Below are positions 38,193 to 52,575 of a DNA stretch of 59,488 bases, in pieces. Origin of the DNA: Octopus bimaculoides (taxonomy: Eukaryota); NCBI RefSeq assembly GCF_001194135.2, contig NC_068982.1:152876965-152936452 (forward strand). The letters run 5' to 3'. Below the pieces are notes generated by a model, which was given only the letters and a program-made list of their open reading frames with translations, was not told the DNA's origin and did no database searches. The translations under genes were made by a program, and so were the position numbers. The first letter of the stretch is position 1; each line of letters opens with the position of its first letter.

Positions 38193-39245
38193 TAATTCTG
38201 TTTCGTTGTTTTGAACACATCGGCTTCTACTCTATCACACTGCCGACCACACCATAATCATCAACATGACCATCACTCATCAATACCATCAGTACGTAAC
38301 TTACTAGAAGTATGTCAATTCTCCCATAATTAAATGGAAAGTGTGATATAATGGACAATGCTTTCTCTGACATACAAAAAGATGGGGCGATCACAGTTGG
38401 AATGTATTTGGTGATAGATGATCTCGAAATGCGTAGACCAGGGACTAAACAACTCGATTGCCATCAACAACAATTCCATCATCACCGTTGATATAAACTA
38501 TCTTATTCTCGTAATCGTTTCTCCTCCCTTGCGAATGCAATAACATCCCGTTACACTCTGCTGGTTAACTGAACAAGAATTGAATCTATATATTTACAGC
38601 ATAATTATTCCAATTACACAATGTGTTTAATATGCTTTGTATTGCTGTAAATTGAAAGAAAACGTAAAGTAAATCGATAGGCCTCAATATTCGTCTGTGA
38701 TGAGCAATTCTTTGTCTCAAGAAATTCCATAAACGAGAAATACACTGGAGACTCTTGATTATAGCTGGGTTAATAAATAAAGGTGTGATTTATATTCAAA
38801 TGATATTTCTATAAACTTGATTATTACTAACTGGATAAGGAAAGCTCTTTTATGAATTATTGAATAGAGAATCGTCAAATATTACCCTTTCATCATCATT
38901 TCTAACGTCTCAAAGATGATGACGAATAGCGCGTACCATCACCGATTGTATACAACTTGACTTTCTCTCGGTATTCAATTACAACCACTACCGTTCCTGT
39001 GGAGTTACATCTGATAACGTACTAATCTAAGCGAGGAGTCAAAAATACTCGTTTGCAAACACTTTTCGTTGTGTGCTGAACGTTTGGCTTTTGTCGGTAA
39101 AATACTATTCTAGCAGCCATTATATAGCGTTGGGGTGGTGGAAATGTAAGATACGCTTACGAGCAATTAGTCTTTTAATAAATGTGCTTTTAGCCGCAAT
39201 GTCGTAAGGTAGACACGTTTGCATAAAAAATAGTATATATGTATG

Positions 39246-39277
<32 letters not shown>

Positions 39278-39377
39278 AGTATGTATGTATGTATGTATGT
39301 ATGTATAGACGCACATATATATGCATATATTTATATGTGAATATATACACACACACACACACACATATATGTGTATA

Positions 39378-39580
39378 TATGCGTGTGAGTGTGCCCGTCT
39401 TTGTAGTTGATGTGTTTATGTACTCGTAACTTAGCAGTTCGTCAAGAAAAATCGATAGAATAAATGCCAGGCTTAAAACATAAATACTGGTGACAATTCA
39501 TTCGATTGAAATTCGTCAAGGTGGTGCCTCAGCATGGTCGAAGTCTTCTGACTGAAACAAGTAAAAGAATAAAAGAATAT
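39378..39580 (+). mobile_element. SINE family B, 3' half
   Basis: gtgtttatgtactcgtaacttagcagttcg ... gatagaataaatgccaggctt ... gactgaaacaagtaaaagaataaaagaata. Confidence 0.75.
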
Positions 39581-42500
39581 GTGCATGTTTCAATAGACAA
39601 TGTTCTGCATGGAATAGTGCAAGGTATTCTGTCCGATGCTCTAACGACGCTGGCCAAACACGGTCATTATACCAAGACTTTATATTAGATTGTTTTTAAT
39701 TCCTTCAAGCTAATAACTTCTGTCTCTCTTTTAGTTTTCTTTCATTATCGTTCCCCATCATTCATAAAGTTCACACCATTCACAATATGAAGTAACGAAT
39801 GATTCTTCCCATAGCCGCCGGATATTTTACAAACAGCTAATTTTCAAATTGTAGCCTATTACTATAGAATGAACTTATAGGTAATTTTGTTTTACGTGAA
39901 CTGTGCCCGAATAAAAGATGACTGGTTTGTTATAGTTGGAATAACCTTGATCATATATCAACTCGATCCACGATGAACTGATGCTGAAAGACAAAAGTAA
40001 TGTGTGTTTATTTACAGTATTATAACGACGTCCGTTAAGAACGAAGTGTCATGTTCAAAATATTCTTTTCACAGTAGTATTTTGTGAAGTGTATCCTGCA
40101 GAGTATTAACTAAATGATCAATATTATTGCACTGTAATAATGTTAAAGTGTGTATCAAACACTTGCTGCTTTTGTATTAAATTATACATTTAATGTTGAC
40201 AGACCTGATGAATAAATATTTGTACTTCTTGTTTAACGACTCTTACCTCACATTAAATAAACCATGTTTTCACATAGCACGTATATTACAATATACAGAA
40301 TCCGTATATATAATGTTCCTCCTGATCTTTTCCTCTTCTCGTACCTGATCCATTCATTGAGAAGAAGGTTAAGATTTATGGGATAAAAGATGTATAATAT
40401 TCATTTGCGTAGATGCATACTTCTGTTACTTAATATATCGACGTTGGACGTTTTACTTTCAGGAAAACCGGTGGGATTTTATCGTATAACGGTAAACACC
40501 GAGGCTTGCAACTGAGCACAATAAATCATTTAGACTAACAACGTATCCATTATACGAAATTACCCACACTTAGAACTAAACTTGAACTGTTTAATCAGCT
40601 TTCATAATAATAAAAAAAAAAAAGATCTTCACAGCCATTGTAAAAATATAGGTTGCACAAGCTATTAAATGTTGCTGATATATAAATACGTCATTTACAT
40701 TCATTTTATTTAATTTTCTGAGAAAAATAATTAATCTACTTAACTGATGCGGAAGAACTTGTTTAATATAAACTTGAAAAAAATATTTCTTTTATTTATT
40801 GTTTGGGGGCGGGTGCAATGGCCATTGTCATTACAGTCACTCCAAGATCGGCGAGCTGGAAATAAGTTAAATATATTGGCATTATTTTACGGAAGTTTTC
40901 GGGCTCATTGTTATCGTATGAAATATTACACCGGCTATCATCTTTAGGATGGAAACCAATTCCAGTTTTTCCACCTTGATGACAGAAGCCGACTTCACGG
41001 TAATATTTATATGCATCCCATACTGGTTGCATATCTTTGTGTTTTTTTATGCATTCCATTTGCCAACATTAAAATTAATACGTAATTCCGAGCCCCTACA
41101 AACAGCTGCTGGAATTGAAATAGCATGCCCTTTCCTTTAAGTGTTCTGTATATTTTGGACTTCATGGACATTTATTCTATAAATATATAAACACATATGT
41201 TCTTATACACGGAGTGTTCACTTGTGGATATTTCCAGTTTTTGTTTATCTCCCTCTCCCCATATATATTCATATGAGTAGATTTTATGTACGCATATTTT
41301 ATATATCAAGCCCAAGAGTGTTTATTTGTATGATATATATATATATATATATATATATCGTCATACATAAAAATAAATACTTTCATTTAAATAACTATTC
41401 CAAACTGATTGCATTTGTGAGTGAAAAGGTGATTTTAAAATATTTTTATCTGATATAAGTATTGTATTTAGCCAAAACAAATGCTCATTTATGATACTTT
41501 AATGCGGAAAAGCCCAGTTTCCCAAACTGAAAGCTGCCCCAATACTACTGCTATTGCAATATTTCTACTCAGCAGGTGCTGCAAATACTTAGACATTGAA
41601 AAACATATATCATATAGAAGTACTTGGATTTACCTAAGAATGTCATAACTATTAATGTACCAGACATTAATAGTTATGACAGTCAGAAATTTTCGCTTAC
41701 AGCAAGACAATCTTCTACAGTACATTTGCAAAGCAAATATTGGTACCAGCATTTAGGAATCTTGACTAGCCAATGAAGAAAATTCACTCCGTGGATATTA
41801 AAACAGACAAGATCTTGACATAAAGTGGATACTTCCGTAAAAATAATAGGCTTTATCGTGTACAAAAAAAAAAAGGGCTCAACCGAGAATGAGGCTTAGG
41901 AGGTCAGTCAAGATTGTCTTTGAATGTTGTATATCATCACCAAGACATTTTCTTTAAAATATTACGAGAAACAAATACATTAACGAAGCGATCAAAAGGT
42001 AAAAGAATGGGGAGTGAAATTCTTAAGAAGCACTCAGTTCTGAATGGTATTTCATGCGCCACCAAAACTGCTCTAAGAGTGCATTCAACAAAGGCATGTA
42101 CGAGAAACACGTTATATAACAGCAAAAAAAGCAAAACAAAAGATACTTGAGAAGGATATTAAAAGCTTTATTCTTTCTAAAACATTGACTAGAAATGTAG
42201 CATGTTTTGCACTCGTGACCATTGCATCACGTTTTGAAGTTTATGCTTTTACAATCCAAGAGCTGGAGATAGGAAAAGTAAAATGCTTTTCAAACAAAAG
42301 AGAATCTAAGGTTATTAAAAGCCTTAAGGAGCAACCAGAATCCTCGATTATATCCTTTTTATACGGAATATTACATGCGTCAGTAGCCGGCTCTAAATTT
42401 CATTACTACAGTACATTTCAAACAGAAAATGGTGATAAAACAATTTTCAATCCATGCAAAAGCCTTCCTTGGTATAAATTTGGAAAACACTTCTGATGTT

Positions 42501-43931
42501 GATCATATACAAACGAACTTTTAAATACAAAGAATAATGGATTAACATTTCCAAATAACAAAGCTGTCAAAAAATGTAAATAAAACAAGCTTGTAGTAGT
42601 ATTTTATATCAGAGAAGAAATATTAAGTACGGTTATTATAGGTCAGATGCTCTGCTTTCAAATCTACAGCTTTTCTGCCTTATCGAGATTTTATATTTAT
42701 ATCGATTTCTATTAGTATATCTGCTGAAGTTAGTGATGGTTTATAGGGTAATCTGGAAAATCTGTGAATCGCCACTCAAAGAAGGTGATTGCATAACACA
42801 CGTTTTGAAATTGCCATCTCTAAGCGAAGCAGTAAAAAATGTAACAATGCAACCCTTTGGTGTTGTTATTTTCTAACTTCCAACAACAGGTCCCTTACTC
42901 CTCAGTCAGAAACTATTACTTTGCAAGAAAAATTCAAATATTTTAAAGGAAACGTAAACAATTTGCTAAGAAACCCAAGGCATCCAGTTCTACCACGAAG
43001 ATATGTCATTCAGAAAAACAACTCAAATTCTCACACACAAGTATACATGACAGTTACACATGCCCGCGTGTACACACATATACATCTCAAGTCACAGCTT
43101 TCCTGGACAATTTATAGAACAGCCATTCGTGTTATCAACAACTACTGTATGCTCTGTCGCTAAACAAGTAACAGCTTTTAGTTCGACACTATTTGGCGAT
43201 GTAGACGGTCAAAGGAAAGTAAAGATTCCCAATGAGGCATCTTATAGTAAATATTACATATTTTCTTTGTGTGTTACATTTGATGTCTATTCCTCCAGTT
43301 TGATTCATGCAAAAATAAATTCATAGCATCGACCACATGTTCAGGAAATAACTTGCTTAAATGAACTAACATTATACTATCTATATTCATATGTACCATT
43401 CTGCTATATAACTGCCAAAATGTATTAAAATGTTTTTACTTATGTTCTTTAATTAATGCATAAATTTCACTAGTTTACTACAATTATTATTTTTCAGTGA
43501 TACATATAAAATCTTCACTTACTTCCTGTGACTGTTCTTGGTCAATTCATATAACATTCATATAAACACTTAAGGGACGAACAATATAAACTATACATTG
43601 CATATTTATTATGAGATAAACGAAGAACTATCTTTGGTTAAATCATGCTTGATGAGGTGATATTCAATACATCATTTAGATGTCTCACATGTTATTTCGT
43701 TGTAAATATCCTATATTTCATCTGAGATATGTTCTTCCTATTTATTTGATCCGTTTGATTCTCTAAGACATAAGTATGTGTTGACTACCTGTTGAGACGT
43801 AAAAGCTCTCTCAATGGTAAGTAATCTCTCATAGATAAATTAAGATGATACACATTCACACAGCGAACACACGTGCACAAGCAAATTACAGACATACACA
43901 CATATATACATGTACATGTATATATGCTTAT

Positions 43932-44038
<107 letters not shown>

Positions 44039-44274
44039 NNNNNNNNNNNNNNNNNNNNNNNNNNNNNNNNNNNNNNNNNNCATACACGCAAATCTCGTAT
44101 ATTTTGTTATTAAATTAACACATTCAACAATCCACTTCTTACACCCACACACTTCATCAACGTTCACAAAGTGTACCCACAGATAGACATTACACACACT
44201 AATTCCTTGTACACACGTTCCATACACACTCACACACACACACACACACACCCATACGCACACACACCCATACG

Positions 44275-44308
<34 letters not shown>

Positions 44309-44867
44309 TACAAACACAGATGCACATACGCACGCATTTTACACATAAGCCAGTGCAACCTATTGAAATACTTGTGTTACAGTTAAAATGGTAGATCTGA
44401 ATTTGAATGAAAGAAGTATGATTGGTAATTGGATGTATATAAAAATTCTCACATACACCACAAAATGTCTGAGTTTAGACAGTATAAGGTGTGGGCTAGA
44501 GAATAGATTTTAAAATCTTACTATATACATCTTAGTTTAGTTAAAGGTGTTTATGCTTCTGTCTCCTTCAGTAAATCTAATCTACATTTTTGTAAATATT
44601 GGCAAATAACACATATATAAACAATGTTAAATTGATAAAACCCTGATATCAACAAAGTAAAGAAAAAAGGTGGTCATTTGTCTTTCTTTTAATAATAAGC
44701 AATTTACCCCAAAAATCACCCCATACTGTCGTTATAAAGGAAGTTTTCACTGCGTTATATATTCCAGGATATATTGCGTGTGAAATAAAGACCAGCTGGT
44801 TACAAGTGTTATCATTTAATGTCAACAGGGTTCACATGAAGTCAAGGATCAAGAGCAACAAGAATAG

Positions 44868-44945
44868 TATCATCATCATCCTCATCATCATCATCATCAT
44901 CATCATCAACATCATCATCAGCAGCAGCAGCAGCAACAGCAGCAG
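44868..44945. repeat. (CAT)n-(CAG)n compound microsatellite
   Basis: Direct reading. Confidence 0.9.
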
Positions 44946-46207
44946 AAATACTTAAGCTAGCTTAGACATACCTATGTGCTGACTCGACTTCTCAGTGAAA
45001 GCAGTGAAATCACACGATACGGCCTTCAAAGAGACAGACACATTGAATAATATAGTACAAGATGCAATACTTTAAATGAAGTAAAGATGATTGGAAAGAT
45101 ATTGTCTTTAATCAAATGTTTACTGGTCTAGTGCTCACTTGGGATAAATGAATAACTTGCATTTTGAAGGAAGTTTGAAAAAAGAAAACGATGCCCAACT
45201 CTAATGTAACACTGCGTGTATAAATGCTTTGATGGTTCTGCTTCCCATATCGATATTGATTTCTTTATCATTCTACTAGAAATGCATCGTTCATGACATC
45301 ATCATAGGCGATACTCAAACACACGCATGTATCTAATATGAATAACTATATTTGAACTTAGTTTAACATCTACCCTATGTGATATATTAATCTTAAACCG
45401 CTCCTATTAATTGTTCATCTCGAATTAATGTTTATCATATCAGTATAGAAAGTTTTTGAATTTTATTTCTCTTATCTGAACGAAGTGGGCGATATTTTCT
45501 GAGGGATTACCGCGACTGTTAGGGACAAATAGATAAAGAAATCATTTCCATATCTAGTTGTAGTATAAAAGGTGGCACCAAATTATGAACTTAACTTCAC
45601 ATGGAAGATCTAAGCTGAATTATTGCAACATAGGGAACACCAAAATAAAAAAAAGCACCTACAGACCAATCTGCTGTTTTTACCTGGAAACGTATTAGAT
45701 CCACCGTTGAAAAAGTGATTCAGTCAATACGACGGTCTGCTTCACAGTATCACCCACAAGATTTAGAGCCAGCCTAAGTTTAGAGTAAAAGAAACTTGCC
45801 CAGTTTTACTGCGCCCTTCAATCAAACAAGGAACTCCTTTCATAAAATTTGGATCTAAGAATATTGTAATAAACACTTTCCTAAGTTGTCATATAATCAG
45901 TTTGACTTAAATGTAGTAAGTTTCAAAGAGTAACACATCATTTATGACGCCAGTATATTTTAAAACTAAATGCAAGACTAATTTTCAAGATGGAAGGTTT
46001 ACTATGGTCACAAAAATGCCATTTAGCAGCAACAAATCAATCAACTATAACTGAGGAAAAAATTCTAAATCCAAGAGAACACTGGAAAACATTTACAGGT
46101 ATTAAGTTTATATTTGCGTTTTCTCCCATCATATATCAAAGGAGACCACAAATTCTGCATTACCAAATGCTCATTCTCTCTTTCTCTCCTTATTTAGATA
46201 GATTGAT

Positions 46208-46210
46208 AGA

Positions 46211-46262
<52 letters not shown>

Positions 46263-46425
46263 AAAAGTGGGAGGGAGAAAGAGAGAAAGAAAGTGACTGG
46301 GGGAGTGATGGAAAGCAAAAAAGTGAGAGAGAGAGGAAGAGAAGAGGGAGAAGAAAAAAGGCGAAGAAAGAGGAGGAGAAGAAGAAAAATAAGAAGAAGG
46401 AGGAAAAGAGAAAGAGAGAGAGAGT
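46208..46425. repeat. (GA)n and GA-rich low-complexity tract
   Basis: Direct reading. Confidence 0.9.
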
Positions 46426-46576
46426 GAATAACGATTGAATTACATCAAAACGTTTTATATCGCTAACGTGCTTCACCAATGGTTTTTATAATTTATTCCG
46501 TACATAAATACAAAACTGCTTCCTTTATTACTTTGCTCCAAAACCACTGACATACATGCATACATACATACATACA

Positions 46577-46608
<32 letters not shown>

Positions 46609-48046
46609 ATATATCTTTACAGAGAGAGATAGAGGGAGTGAGAGAAAGAGAGAGAGGGAATACATATATATATGCGCTGTGAAACCCGACAAGCAACCTA
46701 AGTTCGATCTCTGTTGTAGGTCTCACACTCCACTCACAACCAGTGCCGTACGACGCGGAGCATCAAACTAAGGCATACGAACTGCACAGCGGTACTAAAA
46801 TACTTAAGACATATATGGTGTTTCATGTTTTATATATGTTTTATATATGGTGTTCCACGTTTTATAAAACACACCGGCGTTTCGGCGAATTGCTGACTGG
46901 ATTACATAATTGTTTTTTTGAAATATTATAGAATCTTGTTAATTTAACTTTTGAATTTTAAGTGAAAGAGATAAATTCATGAGATTATATAACGTTTCGA
47001 CAAGCAATTATATAATGTTGGCAATATTTTACCGAAACTCGTGTATATATTATTAAGCTTTAAATACCATATATATTTTTTGTATCTAATTAATGCCATT
47101 CATACATACATACATGCATACATGCATACAAGTAATAGGTAATGGTAAAGTGTAAGTAAACAGCAGTGGTTCTGAGCATCTGTTTCAATATATAAATAAT
47201 GAAACGTCTTCCTCTGAACATAGAAAATTATCGACTAGATTTATTTCGTAGTATTGGCGTCTACTACCAATTTTAGAGCGCGGGCTCTCCTAAATTGTCC
47301 CACTGAAATAAACACTAAATACCAACGTTATCTCCAATAACACATTAGCACATATGCTATACATAAACAAAGAATATACACAAAAGCAAAAATATTGCTT
47401 TAGCAATTTACAAATAAATGCATACTCTTATGTCGCAAAGAAAAATAGACGCTCTTGTAAATGTACTATATTTCTTAGACGTACAGAAGCGAAACAGTGT
47501 AATAAAATAGTTTGAGAAACGAATATTTAAACACTTTAAAGATATATTATATCAGGGACCTATTTATTGACTTCACGGAAACATCTGTTAATTCATCTCT
47601 GTTAGTCCGACAAATAGGGAATAACGACATACATCTGCGACTGAGAGAGGAAGAGAGAGAAAAATTAAATTTTATTGTCAAACCTTTTAACTATAGCACG
47701 AAACGTTCGCATTTACATAAATACGTTACGTGCTTTACAAAAGTTAGAAGATTAATGAGTAAATATGCAGAATAACACTGTCTTCTAATTTCCATATTCA
47801 GCTCTCATAACGAAGGAAATCGACTTGATTCAGCATTTGTTCCAGGGCGATAAATTACAAGTACCAAAAGCATTACAACGGAAGGCAACAGCGGTGTATG
47901 ACCAGACTCGGTATTCAATGTACTTTTTACATATAAATATATCCTTAAGACGCATACGGAGTGCAATACGGTGAATACAGCCTAAACCCATAGCATACCG
48001 CTAAATCATGTGTGCATGTAAGTTTGTATGTATCTATAGAAGTGTG

Positions 48047-48086
<40 letters not shown>

Positions 48087-48589
48087 AAATATGTGTTTGC
48101 ATGCGAGTAAAAATAGACATATGTATATATGCATATATACATGCATATGTATATCTATAGATATATTTATACATGTATATATGTGTGTGTGTTTGTTTAT
48201 GTATGAGTGTATGTTTATGCTTGTGTGTGAATGTGTGTGCGCGAGTTTACGAGTATGCCTGTATCTGATCCTGCTAATGTTTAAAACTTTAAAACGGGTA
48301 TCTTTTATATTGAGTCCTTCTGGAACTTGGGTCAAAAAATAGTTTTGATAGTGTATGCTACTGGGTGAAACGCGTACATTTGTAAACCTGCATTTCTAAT
48401 GTCAGTGTTTATTTTTAACTGTTGGTCTCTCCTCAATTTTAATGGAACTACATAAGCATGAATTTCTATTCGACAATTCATATCCACAGAAAACATATTT
48501 TGTTAGACGTACTAAAACCGTGAATAATATTTTTTGTGTGCATCTTTGCTCGATCAATTATATGTGAACGCTATGTATCTCTTTCTCCT

Positions 48590-48650
48590 CCATTTCTATC
48601 TCTGTCTCTCTGTCTCTCTGTCTCTCTGTCTCTCTGTCTCTCTGTCTCTA

Positions 48651-48723
<73 letters not shown>

Positions 48724-48745
48724 GTATGTCTGTCTGTCTCTCTCA
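48590..48745. repeat. (CTCTGT)n/(CT)n low-complexity tract
   Basis: Direct reading. Confidence 0.9.
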
Positions 48746-51700
48746 TGTGTTTGTATGAACACTTTTCTGAATCTGCACACACACACTCACACACGCTCGC
48801 GCGCGCATACGTTGGGATGAATGTATATATATCCAAGAATTAGGAAATTGAGTAGATAAAAAGATAAAATTCAGGCTACATATATTTTATAGCTAGGGGA
48901 ACCTCGGAAGTAGTAATTATACAAACGAGGAATAGACTGCAAGCTACTCTTCAGGCTAAGAAAAGCTTGGTATTAGGAGATCCCGTGTTACTTCGCAGGG
49001 GATTCAATCGAAATCCGATTGAATCCCTGCCAGTTAGATTTTATCTACTCTATTCCCTAATTCTTGGATATTTCTTTCGCATATACAGCAACCCCAGGTG
49101 CTAACCGTGAATTATAAATCAACCTTTTTTCAGCTTCCATATGGGAACACCTCAAAATCTTCTGTTGTTTTTTTAATATCTTCTACAGACTGTTAGAAGC
49201 TTACTAACTTCCCACATCTTGATACTTACCTTTACACACACACACACACACACACGCACACACACACACACACACACATACATACACACACATGTATATT
49301 GCTCTTTTTAAAAATCATCACTTGCTCATCATATTAGCTGGTGAATAGGTCATCATCTGGTTTTACCTTGCCTGTTTATAAATGTCTAAAATTTTACCCG
49401 AAAATGGCAGATTTTTGCTATGATATAATCTAAGAATGCATCAATAAGATGTTCCCGAAACAACTGTAGTAAATTTCAAAAACAACGTCCGTTCTTGTTT
49501 CATACATACGCCACATATCGAAGCCACCGTGGCTCAGATTTACGGTTTATGTTGGATTTGTATATATATACCTGCAGTATGCTACCAACAAATGACACCT
49601 AATGGTTGTCTTACCTTACTGCAGACTCATCGTTAGGATACCCAGCCAATCCTGTAAACAATTAACAACGAAAGTGAAATATTGCTGAATGCCATTAAAA
49701 TGATAAAAAATCCCTTGTAATCTTCATTAGTAAATTCATTACCAATACATCTGAGTAAATACGATACTTTACCGATGGCTGCAATATCATCTTTAATTCG
49801 ATACTTTGGATTTTATAATTATTAACTCCAGTTTTATTTACAAATAAAAATGGAGTTAATAAAAACTTAAATATCACTTTCATTTCCCCCTATGCTTTTT
49901 ACCTTATCATCCTCTACCTCCTCATCTTCTCGGCAACCCCGTACACAATTCTTAGACTTCATACATATATGCACCTTACTTTATCATATAGCCAATCCTT
50001 AAAATCCCCGCCAGCTCATTCTATCTACCCGTCTTTCTATTCCTTTTCTTTTCTCTACTTCTACCAATTAACAGCCACTTCCACTAACATTCTGTTATTG
50101 AACGTTGACATGTTCGCGTCTTTTTTCTTGGGATCTCTACTATATAAGGACTTTAACCCACATGGGTATACGTAGGATTGCACGTACAGACTTATGATCA
50201 TGGATCTACGCTGGACTCATGCTTAGGCTTCTATAACTTCGAAAAGTTGAACTATGAAATAATAAGCCTCTTTTTTCTTTTCTCTTTCCATCTCCTTATG
50301 CTTTTACTCGCTTTCTCTAAGTTGTCATGTTATTGATATATACCATTCTCATTTACCATATTTACATTTAACAGGAAATAATACATTACATTGTCTTTGC
50401 TTTAAATCACATTTCCTCACAATGCCAGAAGGTTACAAAATATGTTAGCTGACTCCGGAACAAGAATTACAAAGCCGGCAAAATTAGTGAAGGGCAGCAG
50501 CTTATGCAACTCACATGAAACTATATAGCAGGCATCAGAAAGAAGAAAAAAACAACTATAAGAATGAAGAAAACTTATTGCAAAGGAATGAAAATAGTGG
50601 AGCCAGACAAGGCTTTAGTATCTGTCTTCAAACAAGAGACGTGGGAAATATCTTCAAAACTTAAAACGATTTGCTGACTTTGAAGGAGTAAGAATAAGAT
50701 CTATTCTCGAAAGATAAATGGTAAATTTTCAAGATGCGATGCAGAGATATAAAATAAATAATTTCAAATAATTCAAAACAAATTTCAAGTTCAATGAACT
50801 GTGGTAACGGAGAGTTGGTTGTATCCCCGTTTCCAGAGACACTTAGAGAACTTAAGAACGTTTAACTTTTGCAATCTGAACAATAACATTCAAATTTCAG
50901 ATAAGGATATAACTCAGGGTTATCTTTAGCATTATCATCAGTAACCTGCACATAGAAAATCGAAATACACTTGGTGTATACATCCATCTTCTTAAGATAA
51001 CGCACATGCATCCATACATATACGCAATTCACAGATACACATTCGCACATATTTTTATGTATAGCGAGAGAAGGAAACGTATGGCAGGGAGTGAAATTGA
51101 TTATTAAATCAAAGAAAACAATGTAGGGGAATGCACTTAGAAACGAAAATCTGACAGATACTTACTAAAAGTTGAAAAAATAAATCAAAACTTTTTTTCC
51201 AAGTAAATTCCGTGTAACATATAAAATCAGAAACAAACGAGGAAACTAAAATGAGAATAAAATTCGCACTTCAAAGATTTGAAGCAAAATTCACCTTACA
51301 ACGACTTCGAGTACGTATATTCAAAAACAAATTCGGAAAGTGCAATACCATAATGAAGAAAAGAAATCACCAAACAAACGAATAGAGGGGCACATTAATA
51401 TGTATTAGATCTCTGGTAAAATACTTAGAAAGAGAAGAACGAAGCAAAATCTTAAAATTAAAAAAGCAGAATTGTGGTTAGAAGACTATGAAGCGAATTA
51501 CAAAACAGAATTAGTGAAAACTAAAAGTTAAGCACAAAAATACAAAACTTAGCAGTATAAGGAACCATAAGACCTTTCATAATAAATTACAAGTCAGATC
51601 AGGAAATAGTCAAAGGGTGACAGCGCATAACCTCTCTTATGCACAAAGAATAACAAAAAGTGAACAAAAATTCAGTTGCACTTATCAAAACAAGCTCAGC

Positions 51701-52279
51701 AAGCAACGTCTCCCAAACGATAGCAGGCCAAAATAGTATAAATCTACTAAAAACAAGTCAGCATACCAACAATAACAATAATAACAATAATACTAAAGAT
51801 ATCAACAACTGCAATCCAACGTTTGTAAAAGTAGAACAGAAAGACAACGTTGAAACAATTCACAAAACAAAAATATCATCAGGGAGCAGAAGTTCCAAAC
51901 ATAACGAGTGGATCACTCATGTTACAAAGATTAAAGGAAATCCTGTGCCAACTCATCCACAAGAAAAGTATATTATAAAATTCTAAATCTGAAAATGAAC
52001 AGTAAATAGTTATTAAAGATTAGTTCCACTATTCAGATTATTTTATAATATGTGTTCAAAAAGCTGAAGAGACCTATAAACACAACTTGTTTCACTAGTG
52101 TTTGTGTTATTCTGGCATTTTCTTAAAGGTATACAATAACTTGTATTTTCAGAAACATTTTCTCCAAACATTAAGAATTGCATCTCAAAACACACGCACA
52201 AACACGCGCGCGCACGCACACACACACACACACACGCACGCACACACACATACATACACACACACACACACACACACTC

Positions 52280-52575
52280 ACAGTGGTTTGGTGTGATGCG
52301 TTCACGATGATAAACATGGGGATTTTGAACACTGCGCCGGGTGGTGTGTCATGATCTTAAGTAAAACATTTCTTCTCAAGTTGCTCTGCGATAAGATGCA
52401 CATCAGACGCGTGGCACACTGTCCACATGTGCAGGCATTCATGATTTGAGAGAGGAAGTTTGCTAATAAACTGCACTAACATTTGATCACTATAAATATA
52501 TTATCTGTGCAGTTTGACTGAGTAAGAAACTACAGAACCCTTACCTGTCGTCTGCGACAGGAGATTCCAGCTTGC
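52280..52575 (+). mobile_element. SINE family C with terminal hairpin followed by (TATG)n
   Basis: gtgtcatgatcttaagtaaaacatttc CORE-like segment; tail hairpin cctgtcg-tctg-cgacagg. Confidence 0.5.

Noticed and set aside
40949-41140. GPCR TM6-like FICIPYW peptide
   Set aside because: Single helix, in-frame stops upstream, no other TM motifs
44830-44960. His/Gln-rich coding-like run
   Set aside because: In-frame TAG just before and after; plain microsatellite
45990-46098. 109-nt AG/GT-bounded segment open in one frame
   Set aside because: No homology and no partner exon
46870-46900. GAAAC-GCCG-GT hammerhead 3' half on minus (similar half-motifs near 48366 and 54790)
   Set aside because: No CTGANGA core or credible stem I
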